Assembly: GCA_025594325.1 (NCBI GenBank)
Contig: JANHCV010000004.1
Span: 1,674,001 to 1,738,000 of the forward strand
DNA from: Blastocladiella emersonii ATCC 22665
Lineage: Eukaryota; Fungi; Blastocladiomycota
Direction: 5' to 3'
DNA: 64,000 nucleotides
Under the pieces are notes generated by a model. The model ran no database searches. It was not told the origin of the DNA and was given only the letters and a program-made list of their open reading frames with translations. Made by a program: the position numbers and the translations under genes. The first letter of the stretch is position 1. Each line of letters opens with the position of its first letter. This document shows, one piece after another, positions 35,323-46,733 of the stretch.

Positions 35323-38300
35323 CGCCGCGTGACGCGTGACGCTCTCCGCCGACTTGAGCTGGTCGTTCGCGTCGCGGCGCGTCGTGTCATGGCTGGCTGG
35401 AGCTTGGTGGTCGTCGACTGACGGGGAAGACCACCGCGCGCGCGTGGTGTTGTCGCGGAAGTTGCAGAAGTCGAGTTGCAGAAGCCGAGTCGCAGTTGTT
35501 GAGAGCACCGTGTTGAGCGTGAGCTTGACCATGGACAGCAGTCAATGATCGAGATGGCGGCAGCCGTTGCAGTTCTGGAACGACCGACGTCGAGGCACCC
35601 CGCCGCTTGAAGTAGTCGAAGCAGCGGAAGTTGAGCTTCGACGAGGGCAACAAGTGCGTGAGGCTCAGCCCGGCTCGACCCGGCGCCGTGCGTATCGGTT
35701 AGTTGAGAAGTCGTGGTGTTGTGCTCGCCCTAGCTCCGAGCGACGCGTCAGTCACGATTCTGTGGGCGGCAGCGAGCACATTGCGCGTACCATAAGCTAC
35801 CCCGCGGCTCGCTTGAACTCGATGCGCGTGGTCTTGGGGATGGACGACGATGCCCAGCTTGGACTCCTACTTCTTGCTGAACGACCCCGTGGCCCAAGCG
35901 GGTCATGATGGTCACGACCATGGCCAAGGCCGCGCGCTGGATCTGGATCAGCGAGCGAGTCCTCGAACGAGTCCTCGAGCGGGAACTTGAACGAGTGCGT
36001 ATGTTGAGCTCCTTGATGGGCGCGGGCTGGCCCACGCCCAATGCTGCTGCTGCTGCTGGCCTTGAACGCGCGCCTGCTGGTTCTCGGGTCGTCGTGTGTT
36101 GCCAAGGATCACGAGTCGCCGGAATGGAGAGTCACGGCGAGGATCAGCAACAGCAAGATGTAAGTAGTCATCGGTGATAGTTTTCGTGGTGACCGACGAC
36201 GAAGCGACGGACAACACGTACCATCCATCCATCATCCATGCAGGGCAATGTACGCCGCCCGCCGTCTTGGACTCGCGCCGCGCTGCGCGGTCAGTCGAGC
36301 GTCGAGCGTTGAGCGTCATGCCGTACGTTGAACGTGAGCGTTGAGCGCGGCCGACTTAAGGCGTCGTTGTAGCTTGTTGTTGCAGTAGTAGTCGAGCGAC
36401 TCGGTCCGTCGAACTTGCGCGCACAACCCCCGCCGCGGGCAGCCGCGCAACGGTTACTACAGGATCGGTCGTGGGTAAGCGATGAGTGCATGGCGGCCAC
36501 TACGAGACCATGAAAAAAAAAACTCGTACCGTCGCTCTGCTTGAGGCAAACCGCCGAGAGGAAGCGGCCTTGCTGCGAGAACTGGGCGAGAAACACGAGG
36601 AGCAGTTGATGGTCGCGGAACAGCCCGCCATCGCCGCAGCCAGTACGCCCGAGTGCGAGCTTAAAGTTGTCGCTGCTACGCGGAAGCCGCCGACCCAGGT
36701 CAGTGACAAGCCGAGCGATGGATGTCGTGAAAACGCGCGTACCGTCACCGAGCCACTGTCGCCGCAATCTGGATCCACGCGATCCGCGTTGAGTTTGACC
36801 TGCATCTTGACGCATCGATCCCGGACGGCGGCGCGGTTCGATGACAGCGCCGCGAGTCGGAGCACGTACCAGCCGGACGTTGAGGAGGTAGAGCGTGAAT
36901 GCCTGCCTGGAATGACGTGCGCCGCGTTAGCAGACGTCGCGGAGCGTGCCCTAGTCGTACCGGATGTAGCAAAAGCGCCGCCGAACATGACCGAGGACGC
37001 GAGGAGCGGGATGAGTCGCGTCGAGTCGAGTCGAGTCGCGTCGCGTTCCGTCAACGCCGCAGTTGCTGCTGTTGCTGACTCGGGACTACGTATGGTTGCA
37101 GATTCGAGGTCACTCATCTCGTGGGCGAGCGGGCGGCGGTCAATGGCCATCAGCGTACCGCGTGGATCCCAGTCGCCTGCACACCGGGTACTCGCCACGA
37201 GCGTGACGAGCTACCGCTGCTGATGCTGCGAGCTCGTGAAACTCGAAGAACAAGAGCAGTAGGTTGATCGTTGCGGCGCGCCGTGGAAGCGCTCATTCCG
37301 CACCACCACCGCAATCGAGTTCTTGGCCACGGCAAAGTCGAGGTCGGCGAGGAGGAGAGCGAGACCCTTGAGCTTGACCCGCCGAACTGCGACGCGCCGC
37401 CGAGCCCATATCGGAGTGGAAAGAGTAGTCGCAGTTGCCTGACGATGCTCGCGGCCGCGGAAGAAGTGCGTCGGGCTGGTCGTCGCGTGTTACGGTCTGT
37501 CTTGTTGAATCCCACTAGACTCGGGGGCGAATCGTCAGCATCCGTGGCAAGTAATCGAGCGAGGGAGCAGCTTGTCGCGTACCCACCCACCAAAGCATCG
37601 CTCGCCACCCGAGTTTTGGTCGCCGTGCTGCGCGGCAAGCTTGCTGGCGAGTAGCGGAACCGGGTCGACGTGGAGGAAAAAGAGCTTGACGCGCGCGCCT
37701 CAGCCTTGTTGACTACGGCGTCGATGCGATGCTCGAGAAGCGGATGGTCGCCATCGTTGGATTGCCGCCGTTTCGACTCGGAGCACGATGGACCGCGCGT
37801 CAGACCTAATGCAGCGCAACGAGCGAGCAAGGCGTGAATGATCGATCATCGGCTTATGAGCGGGGGTTGCGGCGACCATGAGAACACGTTCCATGCTGGA
37901 CAATGACCTGCGCGCTTCCGCCGCTGCCGACACGAGCACGACGACGACCACTTGGACTCGAGCGTGCGCGCGCGGAGCTCGTGAATGAGAGTCGTTGATT
38001 CGTGTCGCGCGCTCCGAGCTCGATCATGTCGCGCGCGGGGTCATGAGCCATAGTCGATGCTCTCCGCGGCCATGGCCACGGCGCGAGGCCACAGACACGT
38101 GCTGCTGGGCTGGACGATGGCGAACGCGAAGCGTGGCGAAGCGTCGAGGTTGCCGAAGCAGCACATGAGCGACCACGAGGAAGATGATCTGGACACGCTT
38201 GAGGAAAAAGGAAGAGCGCTGGTGGAGATACAATCGATCGACAGCCCTCGTTGCTCAAGCGAGCAGCGCCTACTCGCAGGAACCAAGTTCGCGCGCGTCA

Positions 38301-39396
38301 GCCCGCCGTATTCGCAACCACGACGCGCAAAAGAGGTGGAGCGTGGAGTACCGTCGCGGAAACAAGTCGTTGTCGTCGTGAAGCACCGCTGGTCGCGGCA
38401 ACGGCGTCGAGGATGGACGCGAGTACAAGCGCGGAGGAAGAAGAACTTGAAGCAGGTCGAGTCGGCTACACGGCGGATGCACTCGCGCGGCTCGGTCAGT
38501 ATGATCCGCCGTGCGGACGGTCTCGTCTCGTCTCGTCTCGGCCACGCGTACCGATATCATCGAGTTGCTGTGTGATCCGCCCGCGGCCGCGGTTCTCCTT
38601 GAGCTTGATCTCGTCTCGGTCGACGCGTACATGACTTGGAAGCGGTGGTGGAGATTGGCGATGCAGCCGAGGCCGTCCGTGTACGTGTATGAGTACGAGG
38701 CGAGCAAAGCAGCTGCCGCGGACGAGCGAGCAACGACGCGGTAGCTCGTCGTTACGCTGAGCGCGCGCACGTACAAACACGAGTCGGGTCGATGCGAGCG
38801 AGGAGAAGTAGCGCGGCTTCCATCTACTAACGGTCGTGGAGAACAGACGTCAGCGATCCCGGATTCGCGCGCACGGGTGTGGTGGAGGGAAAGATGAGGG
38901 CGTCACGTTCCAGGTCTGCTACTCGAGTGCTGCTGAGTGTCGGTCGACTCGTTGGTGCCGTAGATCGTCGTCTCTCGTGGATCGTGATGAGCTCGCAGCC
39001 GAACGTCCCGCCGTTCATCTTGATCGTGTAGTTCGTGGCCGTCGCCTCTGCTACACGAAGCCGAAGTTGCTGACGATCACCGAGTCGTAGCCCTTGATCT
39101 CGCGGTCGAGATGCGCGCTCGAGTGCGCGCCGTGGTAGTCGTCAGAGTAGTCGTAGCTGCTGCTGTCGCGCTCTGACGGACCTCGGCCGGCCGTGTTCCG
39201 TTCGGGCAGAATCCATTCCTCTAGACTCGAGCAACGCGTCATTTTTCCCGTGACGACGCGGCGGCAGGAGATCGGTAGCGTACCTTCGGAGTGGTAGTAC
39301 CACCGCCCACTGGCGCAGCGGCGGCGGCGGACGCGAACACGGCAATGTCGGCTTGGCGGGGCGCGGATGATGTTGACCTGGATCGACTTGAAGCGC

Positions 39397-39634
39397 TGAC
39401 GGCGTGAGGCGGGATCACGATGTTGCGTGCGCACGCGATGGCCGTCGGACATGACAGCAGCGGAAGCGATCGCGAGAGTGGTCAGTCGGACCGTCGCGTG
39501 AGTACCTGGTCGAAGCACACACGATGGGTTTCTAGGGCAGCGCGACGAGCGTGCAAGTTGTGAGTGATCGGCTGTGCTCACCGCGGTATGCGACCTAAAG
39601 TGACACGTCCCAGGTTGAGGGTGACCTGCGACCC
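39397..39634 (+). repeat. ~240-bp dispersed direct repeat, copy B (partner 35078-35322)
   Basis: See copy A. Confidence 0.9.
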
Positions 39635-42352
39635 TGGAGCCTTAGTCGAGCGACTTGGGCCCTTGCACTTGCGCACGGGCAGAGCCACGCAATTCTTACT
39701 CCAACGGATGCTCGTGAGTGGGGGCGTCGGTCATGACGAAGCCGTAGTTGCGTACCGTCGTCCACGGAAGGCGAGCTTGCCCCTACACGAACAGCGACGC
39801 TCATGTCAGTTCGTGCCGTGCAACGGGTCTTGGATGCACGCGTACCGGGACACCGGGATGGACCCGCTCGCTGCTATCACGCGATCCATGTTGAGCTCGA
39901 CCTGCTTCTTGACTTACAGGTCACTCGGCCAGGGCGACGCGACGCGACGCGATGCGTGTGCGGCCGGAGCGATGTCGGCAAAGATGCGTCCCGCCCTCAC
40001 GTGTGTAGCGAGCCTGATGTCGGGACCGGCGCGAGGTTGTCGGGTGCGGTTGCCGGTCGTTGCGGGCCCGACTGACCGGCCATGAGGGAGAACTCCTCGA
40101 TGCCGCCGCCGTCTGGACGGACACGCGTAGCGTCAGTAGACATCTCGGCGCGTGCACCTTGTGTACCGGAGGTACAGCAGCCGAGCACGAGTGTAGCGCG
40201 ACGCTCGAGATGCAGGCGTTGAGCGCCGACCGGTCGGCATACACATGCTGACGCGCAAGTCAGTTCTGGTTCCGATCGGCGGCCGTGGCCGTGCGCGTAC
40301 CGAGCTTGAGCCCCTGCTGGGGCGTAGCCCTGAAGGGCGTAGCGACGCCGTGTCACTCGTCGTGCGGCGAGTAGTCGCGCTACGCGCTACGCGGAACGCT
40401 GGAACGCGCCCAGTGACAATGCGTCGACGGTGCCCACGCGTGTTGGCAGGCGTGCGCCCGGGTACGAATGGCGTGCACGTCGAGCGAGTTTGCGTGGTGA
40501 TGCAGAAGCGCGAGGTGGAAGGCGGGGAGTCGATAGCGTCAAGGAGTCAACCGGTTCGAAGAAGGAGCGTTGCCCGTAATGCGTAGGCGCGACGCGTTTC
40601 TGGAGACAAGCGTGACCGGCGCGCGCGCACGCTTCAAGGCGTCGCGTCTCCCACGGCCGCGAGACAATGCGTGACTTTCATGTGGCACTGTGACGCGGCA
40701 ACTTTCGCCCCGCACAGTTTTACCATGAATGCAAGGGCTTCCAACAAGTCGTGGTACTAGAGGCACTCGCACCATTTCGAACCAGAGGTCGCCCCGATCG
40801 CCTGCCGCCTCGGCACGCTCGGGAAGCTGTTTGCCGGTTTCGGTAGCCAGCGAGCATGAGAACTCCACCTTGGGCCCAGCTAGACGTCGTCCATGATACG
40901 CTGAGCCAGTCACGCGAGGAGATCCGCCTGCCGTCGCGTCGCCGCCCTGCGCCCGATCGCCACTGCTCTGCACTCGCACTGCAGACCTGCTCACATCCAC
41001 AACTCATCCACTCCAAGGCGCCCACAACCGACCGGGTTCCACAACCCGATCAGTGTCGCGGCTCCCCGTCCGCTTCGACCTCACGCGGGCCACTTGCCAC
41101 CGCGGCGCCAGTGGCCCCAACAGCGGCAGTCTTACATGTTGCTCCATGAGTCCGAGAGAAAGAGTTGGAATGAAGAGCGCTTCAACTGCTTCCCACAAGG
41201 ACGCGTTCCGTGCAACGCGCACGCAGTTGCCCCTTTACACGCGCCGCGTGTGAACACCGCGAACGCGGTCCGCGTTGGCTCACGCGATCGTCCCGCTTCC
41301 GTCTTCGCAATACGCTCGTAAAGCGTGTCCGAGCGTTGCTTCGCCGTTGTCCTGGCAGCTGCTCTCGCGGTGAGGCGTCGACGTGCCCGAGGCCGCCCAT
41401 GAACGCCGCGCCGAGCCAGCCGACGTCGTCTCACCCCTCACACCGATCTGCCGCGAACGCATCTAATGAAAACCAACCGCAACTTGCTGCATTTTGTCTT
41501 CCAGCTGTTCATGACTTTGTGGTTGTCGCGGACTGGCAGAATCCGGTGTTGACCGTGCAGCGCCTGAGTGCGCATGCCGCGCTCAGCAGGTTGGTCGGAT
41601 GGGCGTTCCCGCGCTCAGTGATCGGGCACAGCGGCATTGAGTCGTATGAGATCAAGGCGGTTGTGGACGGGCTTCACGGCGACTACCAGCGCGTCAAAGA
41701 GTTGCTGTACAAGCTTGAGAAGCGCCCGTTGACAAGCTGCGCGACGAAACGGCTGTCGCTGTCGCGATCACGTTGTTTAGTCCTTGGATCGCGCTCGGCG
41801 GTGCGGCCTCACTACGGCGCTGTTCTAAAGCTTGCGCGCCACGTTCGTCGCGCTTGGTACAACGCAGGAGGTCTTCGCGGGCAAGACGGGTAACCATTGG
41901 CGGCAGCTTCGGCCTCGGCAAGAACGCCGCCGCCATCGCGGCCGACCTCATGGAGAAGGCCGAGTCGTTTGTCGTCGGCCGCACGAGGGCCTGCCGCTGC
42001 TCGTCTCGGGCCGCGTCCAGGCGCCGCCCCGCGTGTTTGAGTGTAGTTCGAGCGCGCGCCAACCGCGCTGCATCGCCGCCCATCATGTATCATAACCCAT
42101 CCTGATGATCGTTAGATTGACCAAATTCATTCCGTGCGTTTCTGACCTGCCCTTTCCCATGTCGAGCGTGGTGCGCGCGGTGCGAACGGCCTTGAAACGC
42201 GACGCGATGTGGCTCAACTCGGCCAGCCGCTGCGCCACCTCGGGCTGACCCCCCTCGGACCACTCACCGCCTTGCTCATCTTGCTGTTCATAAGGGCGAC
42301 TGACTGGAACGGCGAGGATCGAAGAAGCTGAGAGCTCACTGAGCAGCTACGC

Positions 42353-42359
42353 TATAAAA
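42353..42359 (+). promoter_or_regulatory. TATA box
   Basis: TATAAAA about 95 nt upstream of ATG 42451. Confidence 0.6.
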
Positions 42360-42450
42360 CTCGGCCGAGCCCCCGCTCTCCTCCAGCTCCGCTTTCTAAC
42401 CTTCAACAGGATTCTCTCTCGACACAGACTCTGTTCCCCATACAACCACC

Positions 42451-43434
42451 ATGTCTGCCTCGATTGTTCTTGCTGCCCCCGTCTCGTCGTCGCCCAAGTC
42501 GCCCGTGTCCTCGGTCAAGCACTCGCTCCGCGTCGTGGTCGCTCCCGCGAACGGCACCAGTAGCTGCAACGTGCCCGACAACAAGGTCGCCGACAACAAG
42601 TGCGTTGTCGACTCGACGCCGACCCCCACGGTCGGCTCCCTCAAGGACCGGTTCGAGCAGCTCGCGTCTGCTCCCGGCTCGCCCACCAGCACCAGCCCGC
42701 GCTTGGCCTGCTCGCGGTCCTCGTACCAGGTCAACGTCGCCAATGTCGCCGGCAACAACGGCCAGCTCGTGCAGGGCGACTCCGCCAAGTCCAAGTCGGT
42801 TACGGCCGGTCCCGCGACGGCGGCGGCGGTCGTGCTCGAGTCGCTCGCCGGCGCAAATGTGGCAACCCTGCGCGCTTCCTTCGAGCCCACGGCCGCCGCT
42901 GTGGCTGCTGTCGCTCCCGTTACCCCGACTACCGAAGTTCCGGCTGCCGTCGACACCCTCGCGTCGACTGCGGCGCACGTCAAGGAGATGGGCTCGTGCC
43001 CCGCCCCTGTCGCTCCCATTCCCACCGAGAAGAAGCGTGGCACCGCTGGCAAAGTGCTGCGTTGGGTCCGCCGCCGTGCTGGCCACCGTGGCAGTGCGTC
43101 TCCGGCCGCGGTGGATCCCGAGGTGAAGGTGGTGGCGGCGGCGACGGAGGCCGTCGAGGCGAGCGTTATCAGCGGCGTCGGCTCGAACCTGGCCGTTCTC
43201 TCGGCCGAGCTCGGGTCCGATCAGACGCTGGTCGACAACCACGAGTCGATCTCCCGCTGGTCGTCCTTCAAGGCCCGGATCGGCAGCCTCCTGGGCGGTG
43301 CATCCAGTACCGTCAAGGCGTCCGCCGTTTCGTCCGAGTTCAAGCCGCACCCGATCAAGCGTGGCGGCGTCAAGGTTCTACCAACCACCCCGTCGCCTGT
43401 CGTGGTCCTGCGGTCCGCTGCCCTTGTTTCTTGA
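42451..43434 (+). CDS. Intronless orphan protein, 327 aa, Ser/Ala/Val/Pro-rich and probably disordered
   Basis: TATA box upstream, ACCACC-ATG context, GC3-rich codons, AT-rich 3' flank. Short motifs VGSLKDRFEQL, VATLRASFE and GGVKVLP. Confidence 0.8.
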   Translation: MSASIVLAAPVSSSPKSPVSSVKHSLRVVVAPANGTSSCNVPDNKVADNKCVVDSTPTPTVGSLKDRFEQLASAPGSPTSTSPRLACSRSSYQVNVANVAGNNGQLVQGDSAKSKSVTAGPATAAAVVLESLAGANVATLRASFEPTAAAVAAVAPVTPTTEVPAAVDTLASTAAHVKEMGSCPAPVAPIPTEKKRGTAGKVLRWVRRRAGHRGSASPAAVDPEVKVVAAATEAVEASVISGVGSNLAVLSAELGSDQTLVDNHESISRWSSFKARIGSLLGGASSTVKASAVSSEFKPHPIKRGGVKVLPTTPSPVVVLRSAALVS

Positions 43435-43562
43435 GTCTTCTCTTTTGTGTTTCAGTTCATGATACCTATCATCTAAACCGAAATCTCTCACATTTGCCTG
43501 TTTCGCGTGTAATTTGATCTCTACTTGTGTTCGTTCATTCTTTCGCGATGACCAGTTGACCT

Positions 43563-43975
43563 TGACATTGTGATGCGGTCCATGAATCGAATGTGAGTAA
43601 CATGTACCGGTGAGCTTTGATCATGTCATAACTGCAGCATGCTGTCGAGCCGGAGGCCATGTGAAAAGCGTCGCGTTGTTCACGTCGCGGCTGCGCCACC
43701 CAGGGCTAAGCCACCGCCACCGCCACTCGGTCGCCCCGCCGCTTTCTGCTTCCACGGCTTCCCTTCCGCTTGCATCTCCTTATCTCAGGTCGCCGTTTAC
43801 AACGGGCTGTGCGCCGGATTCCGGGAGGATTTGCAGCGGACGCTGACCGCACCCGCAGCTTTCCGGTAGAACGACGGCGCGCTGCGGCGCCGCCCCCACG
43901 TCGTTGGACCACGCGCCGTGGAAGTCGCCGCTATGCCTAGGATCCAGCGTGGGACTCTTCCCCCACGAAGACTCA
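43563..43975 (+). repeat. ~410-bp direct repeat, copy 1 (LTR-like TG...CA ends; partner 46195-46601)
   Basis: Shared blocks CATAACTGCAGCATGCTGTCGAGCCGG, GAAAAGCGTCGCGTTG, GCGGCTGCGCCACCC, GCAGCGGACGCTGACCGCACC.GCAGCTTTCCGGTAGAACGACGGCGCGC, ACGAAGACTCA. Confidence 0.9.
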
Positions 43976-44122
43976 GCGACTATTGACTCAATGGCTAAGA
44001 CGTGACCCTGACCTGATGATACGATGGTATGAGCAGAAAACACATCCTATAACCATGAACAAACACTGTGTGATCGAGAGTAAACCATGCAGAACACGCG
44101 GAGGGCAGCGAGCGCGCGTGCT

Positions 44123-44656
44123 TCTCCATTCACCCGCGCCCTGAGCCCCCAAGGGGACCGAGCCAGAAGCGCAGGGGAGAAGACACGCGACGGCACACAC
44201 GTTTCGTCTCCATTCACCCGCGTCCCGAGCCTCCATGGAGACCGAGCCGGACGACGCGGGGGAGAGTACTCGGCGGCGGCCACGGCTTGACGGCGGCCTC
44301 GCGTCACGATTGCGCTTTCGTCTCCATTTACCCGCGTCCCGAGCCTCCATGGAGACCTAGCCGGACGACGCGGGGGAGAGTACTCGGCGGCCTCGCACAC
44401 GTCCCGGGCCACTCCGTTCACCTGCGCCTCGAGCCCCCATGGGGGCCTAGCCGAGAACGCAGGGGAGAGCCCGTTTGCGACCACCTCTCGCGCATGTTCG
44501 TCTCCATTAACCCACGTCCCGAGCCCCCAAGGGGACCGAGCCGGTGACGCAGGGGAGAGTACTAGGCGGCAGGGATAGCGGCCTCGTGTGTGCTTTCGTC
44601 TCCATATACCCGCGCCCCGAACCCCCATGGGGGTCTAGCCGGGAGCGCGGGGGAGA
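44123..44656 (-). ncRNA. Tandem array of six ~58-nt covarying hairpin elements separated by variable linkers
   Basis: Cores at 44123-44180, 44207-44265, 44321-44379, 44411-44468, 44501-44558 and 44599-44656. All 17 inner base pairs are kept in all six copies on the minus strand, through six two-sided compensatory changes and G-U wobbles. The repeat itself is certain; the RNA interpretation is inferred. Confidence 0.7.
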
Positions 44657-46194
44657 GTACTCGGCGGCGGAATCGTGCGAGAGGACCGGCCGACTGCTCG
44701 TGGTGCTGCCACTCTTCTTGATCTGCGACGCGGTACCGCGCACGACTGCTGCGACACGATCGAGTCGCGCCGGACAGTTGAGGCCGGGCGGAGGACCGAG
44801 TTCTTGACGATGATGGTCTTGAGGTCTCAGCAGTCGCGGACACGTCGAGGCTGATGATGAAACACGACGCGCGACAGCGACCGCGACCGCGGCGGATCGA
44901 GTTGAACGAGCGTGCGCCTTGGCCTGGCCTTGCCGCAAAGCTTGGTCATGGTGACCGGAACTTGGTCTCGATGGTAGTTGTGGTGGCCGCGCGTCGATAC
45001 ACTACACGGCGAGAGTCGTGTATTAAAGATCCGAGTGCGTGGTGTGAGAGCGCGTCGTGATCGTACCTGTCGCGATACAACGCCGAGAACCGAGACTGGA
45101 GCTTGGGCAGGGCGACGAGTGTCTCGGCCAGCTCGACGTGAACTCGATGCCGAGCACGCCTTGGCCGTGATCCAGATCATGTCGATGGGTCAAGAGGGGG
45201 CGGGCGGAACTTGAGCACCGTCGTGGCCGTCATGTTGCGACGAGTGCAGCAGGTCCTTGAGGCGTCGCCGAGCCGTGGTCGTTGATGATCATGTGGCCGA
45301 CACGAAGGGGGATGCACAAGGCCGATCGAGTTGATATCATGGTGGACGGTGAAGATTTTATGAGCCCGAGAGGCAGCAGGAGCGACGGGAGCTCGAGTAT
45401 TTGTACGGCTGCGGGGTGTGCACACTGTAAGCACCGTGGCTGTCTGAGCAAGAAACTTGGTGCAAAACCAGCCTTTTTTGCACAAAACCCCGCATAACAG
45501 GAAAATGGCACAGTATTGTCTCGCACCACGACGGGCGAGCATCGCTGTTCCGTCGGAGCGGCTCGAGGCGGGTGCGCCCGCCATCGCGCCGCGGCGAGGA
45601 AATCCTCGATCGGTGCCGCCTGCGACGCAAAAAGTGCGAGACGGTGCCAAGAACCGTCCCGTCAGCGTCGGAGTGGCTCACGATGAGTCGCAGCCTGCGG
45701 AAGGAGGGAGACGCCGTGCGCGAGACGTGGCGCGACGCGTCCGACCGTCAGGTGACTTTCACGTGCACGATGCGAGACACTTTTGCAACGACGCGTTTGC
45801 GAGACAATACTTCGTGCACTCAAACGAAGTCATGGTCTTAACTTGTTACACGCGTTCGTTTGATGATGTTTCCGTTCGACGAAGCGTCGCGTCGCGTCGC
45901 GTCTTGCCGCGTTGTCTCGACTTGGGCCCGCGCTGCCTCAATGACACGACGCGGACTGCCCAGTGTGGTTAGTCGACACAATTAAGTCAACACTGCTTCT
46001 ATTTGCCGCAGGGACGCTATGAGAGTCTACTGCCCGTCCGACCCTGAGGTCCTTACTCTCGCTTGACGACTCGCCACGCGGTGGGGAAGCTTGACGCGAC
46101 GATACCGTTTTCCTGATGAAAACCAGCGACGACATGTGCGAGAAAGCTATATTGTTGTATCGCGCACGGTCCACTCATCCATCGACTTTGGCTT

Positions 46195-46601
46195 TGACGT
46201 TATGATGCGTTCCGTGATTCAGGTGCGAGTAACGTGTACCGTTGAGCTCCGATCAAGGCATAACTGCAGCATGCTGTCGAGCCGGTGGCCATTTGAAAAG
46301 CGTCGCGTTGCTCACGCAGCGGCTGCGCCACCCGGGGCTGAGCCACCGCCACTCGGACGCGCGTTGCGCGACGTTGCTTCCCGCTTCGCTCCCGCTTGCG
46401 TCGCGCTTTCTAAGGTCGCGTTCGACAGTGCACGGTTCACCGGATTCTGGGAGGATCCGCAGCGGACGCTGACCGCACCTGCAGCTTTCCGGTAGAACGA
46501 CGGCGCGCGGCGGTGCGTCCCCACTTCTGTGAACCGCACCCCGGGACGCCTCACCGCCACGCCTATGCTCTGGAGTCGAACGCTTCGCACACGAAGACTC
46601 A
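46195..46601 (+). repeat. ~410-bp direct repeat, copy 2 (partner 43563-43975)
   Basis: See copy 1. It ends 30 nt before the TATA box of the Q/S-rich gene. Confidence 0.9.
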
Positions 46602-46630
46602 AGGAATAGGTCGCACGCAGCGCCGAGTGC

Positions 46631-46636
46631 TATAAG
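46631..46636 (+). promoter_or_regulatory. TATA-like box
   Basis: TATAAG about 100 nt upstream of ATG 46734. Confidence 0.5.
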
Positions 46637-46733
46637 TACGGGCCGCTCCCCCGCTTCCTCAGACCGAGTACCGAGTTGATCATCAGCTCCTCGTTCAACG
46701 ACACCACGCCCACACTGCCAACACATCCTCGAG

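Noticed and set aside
44047-44628. 193-aa minus-strand ORF running in frame through five hairpin units (repeat SPWxLGTRVNGDE); the first four unit spacings (84, 114, 90, 90) are multiples of 3
   Set aside because: The sixth unit is out of frame (98-nt spacing). The conserved GAGTACTCTCC block is read in different frames in different units. Substitutions preserve base pairing rather than amino acids. It is kept only as an alternative to test.
44123-44656. CRISPR array, or hammerhead/HDV-like ribozyme interpretation of the hairpin array
   Set aside because: The context is eukaryotic with no cas genes, the repeats are too long and diverged, and the linkers share sequence (GCGGCCTCG). There is no CUGANGA core (CCGCCGA instead). 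The HDV-like J4/2 position has U rather than the catalytic C, and P1/P3 cannot be built.
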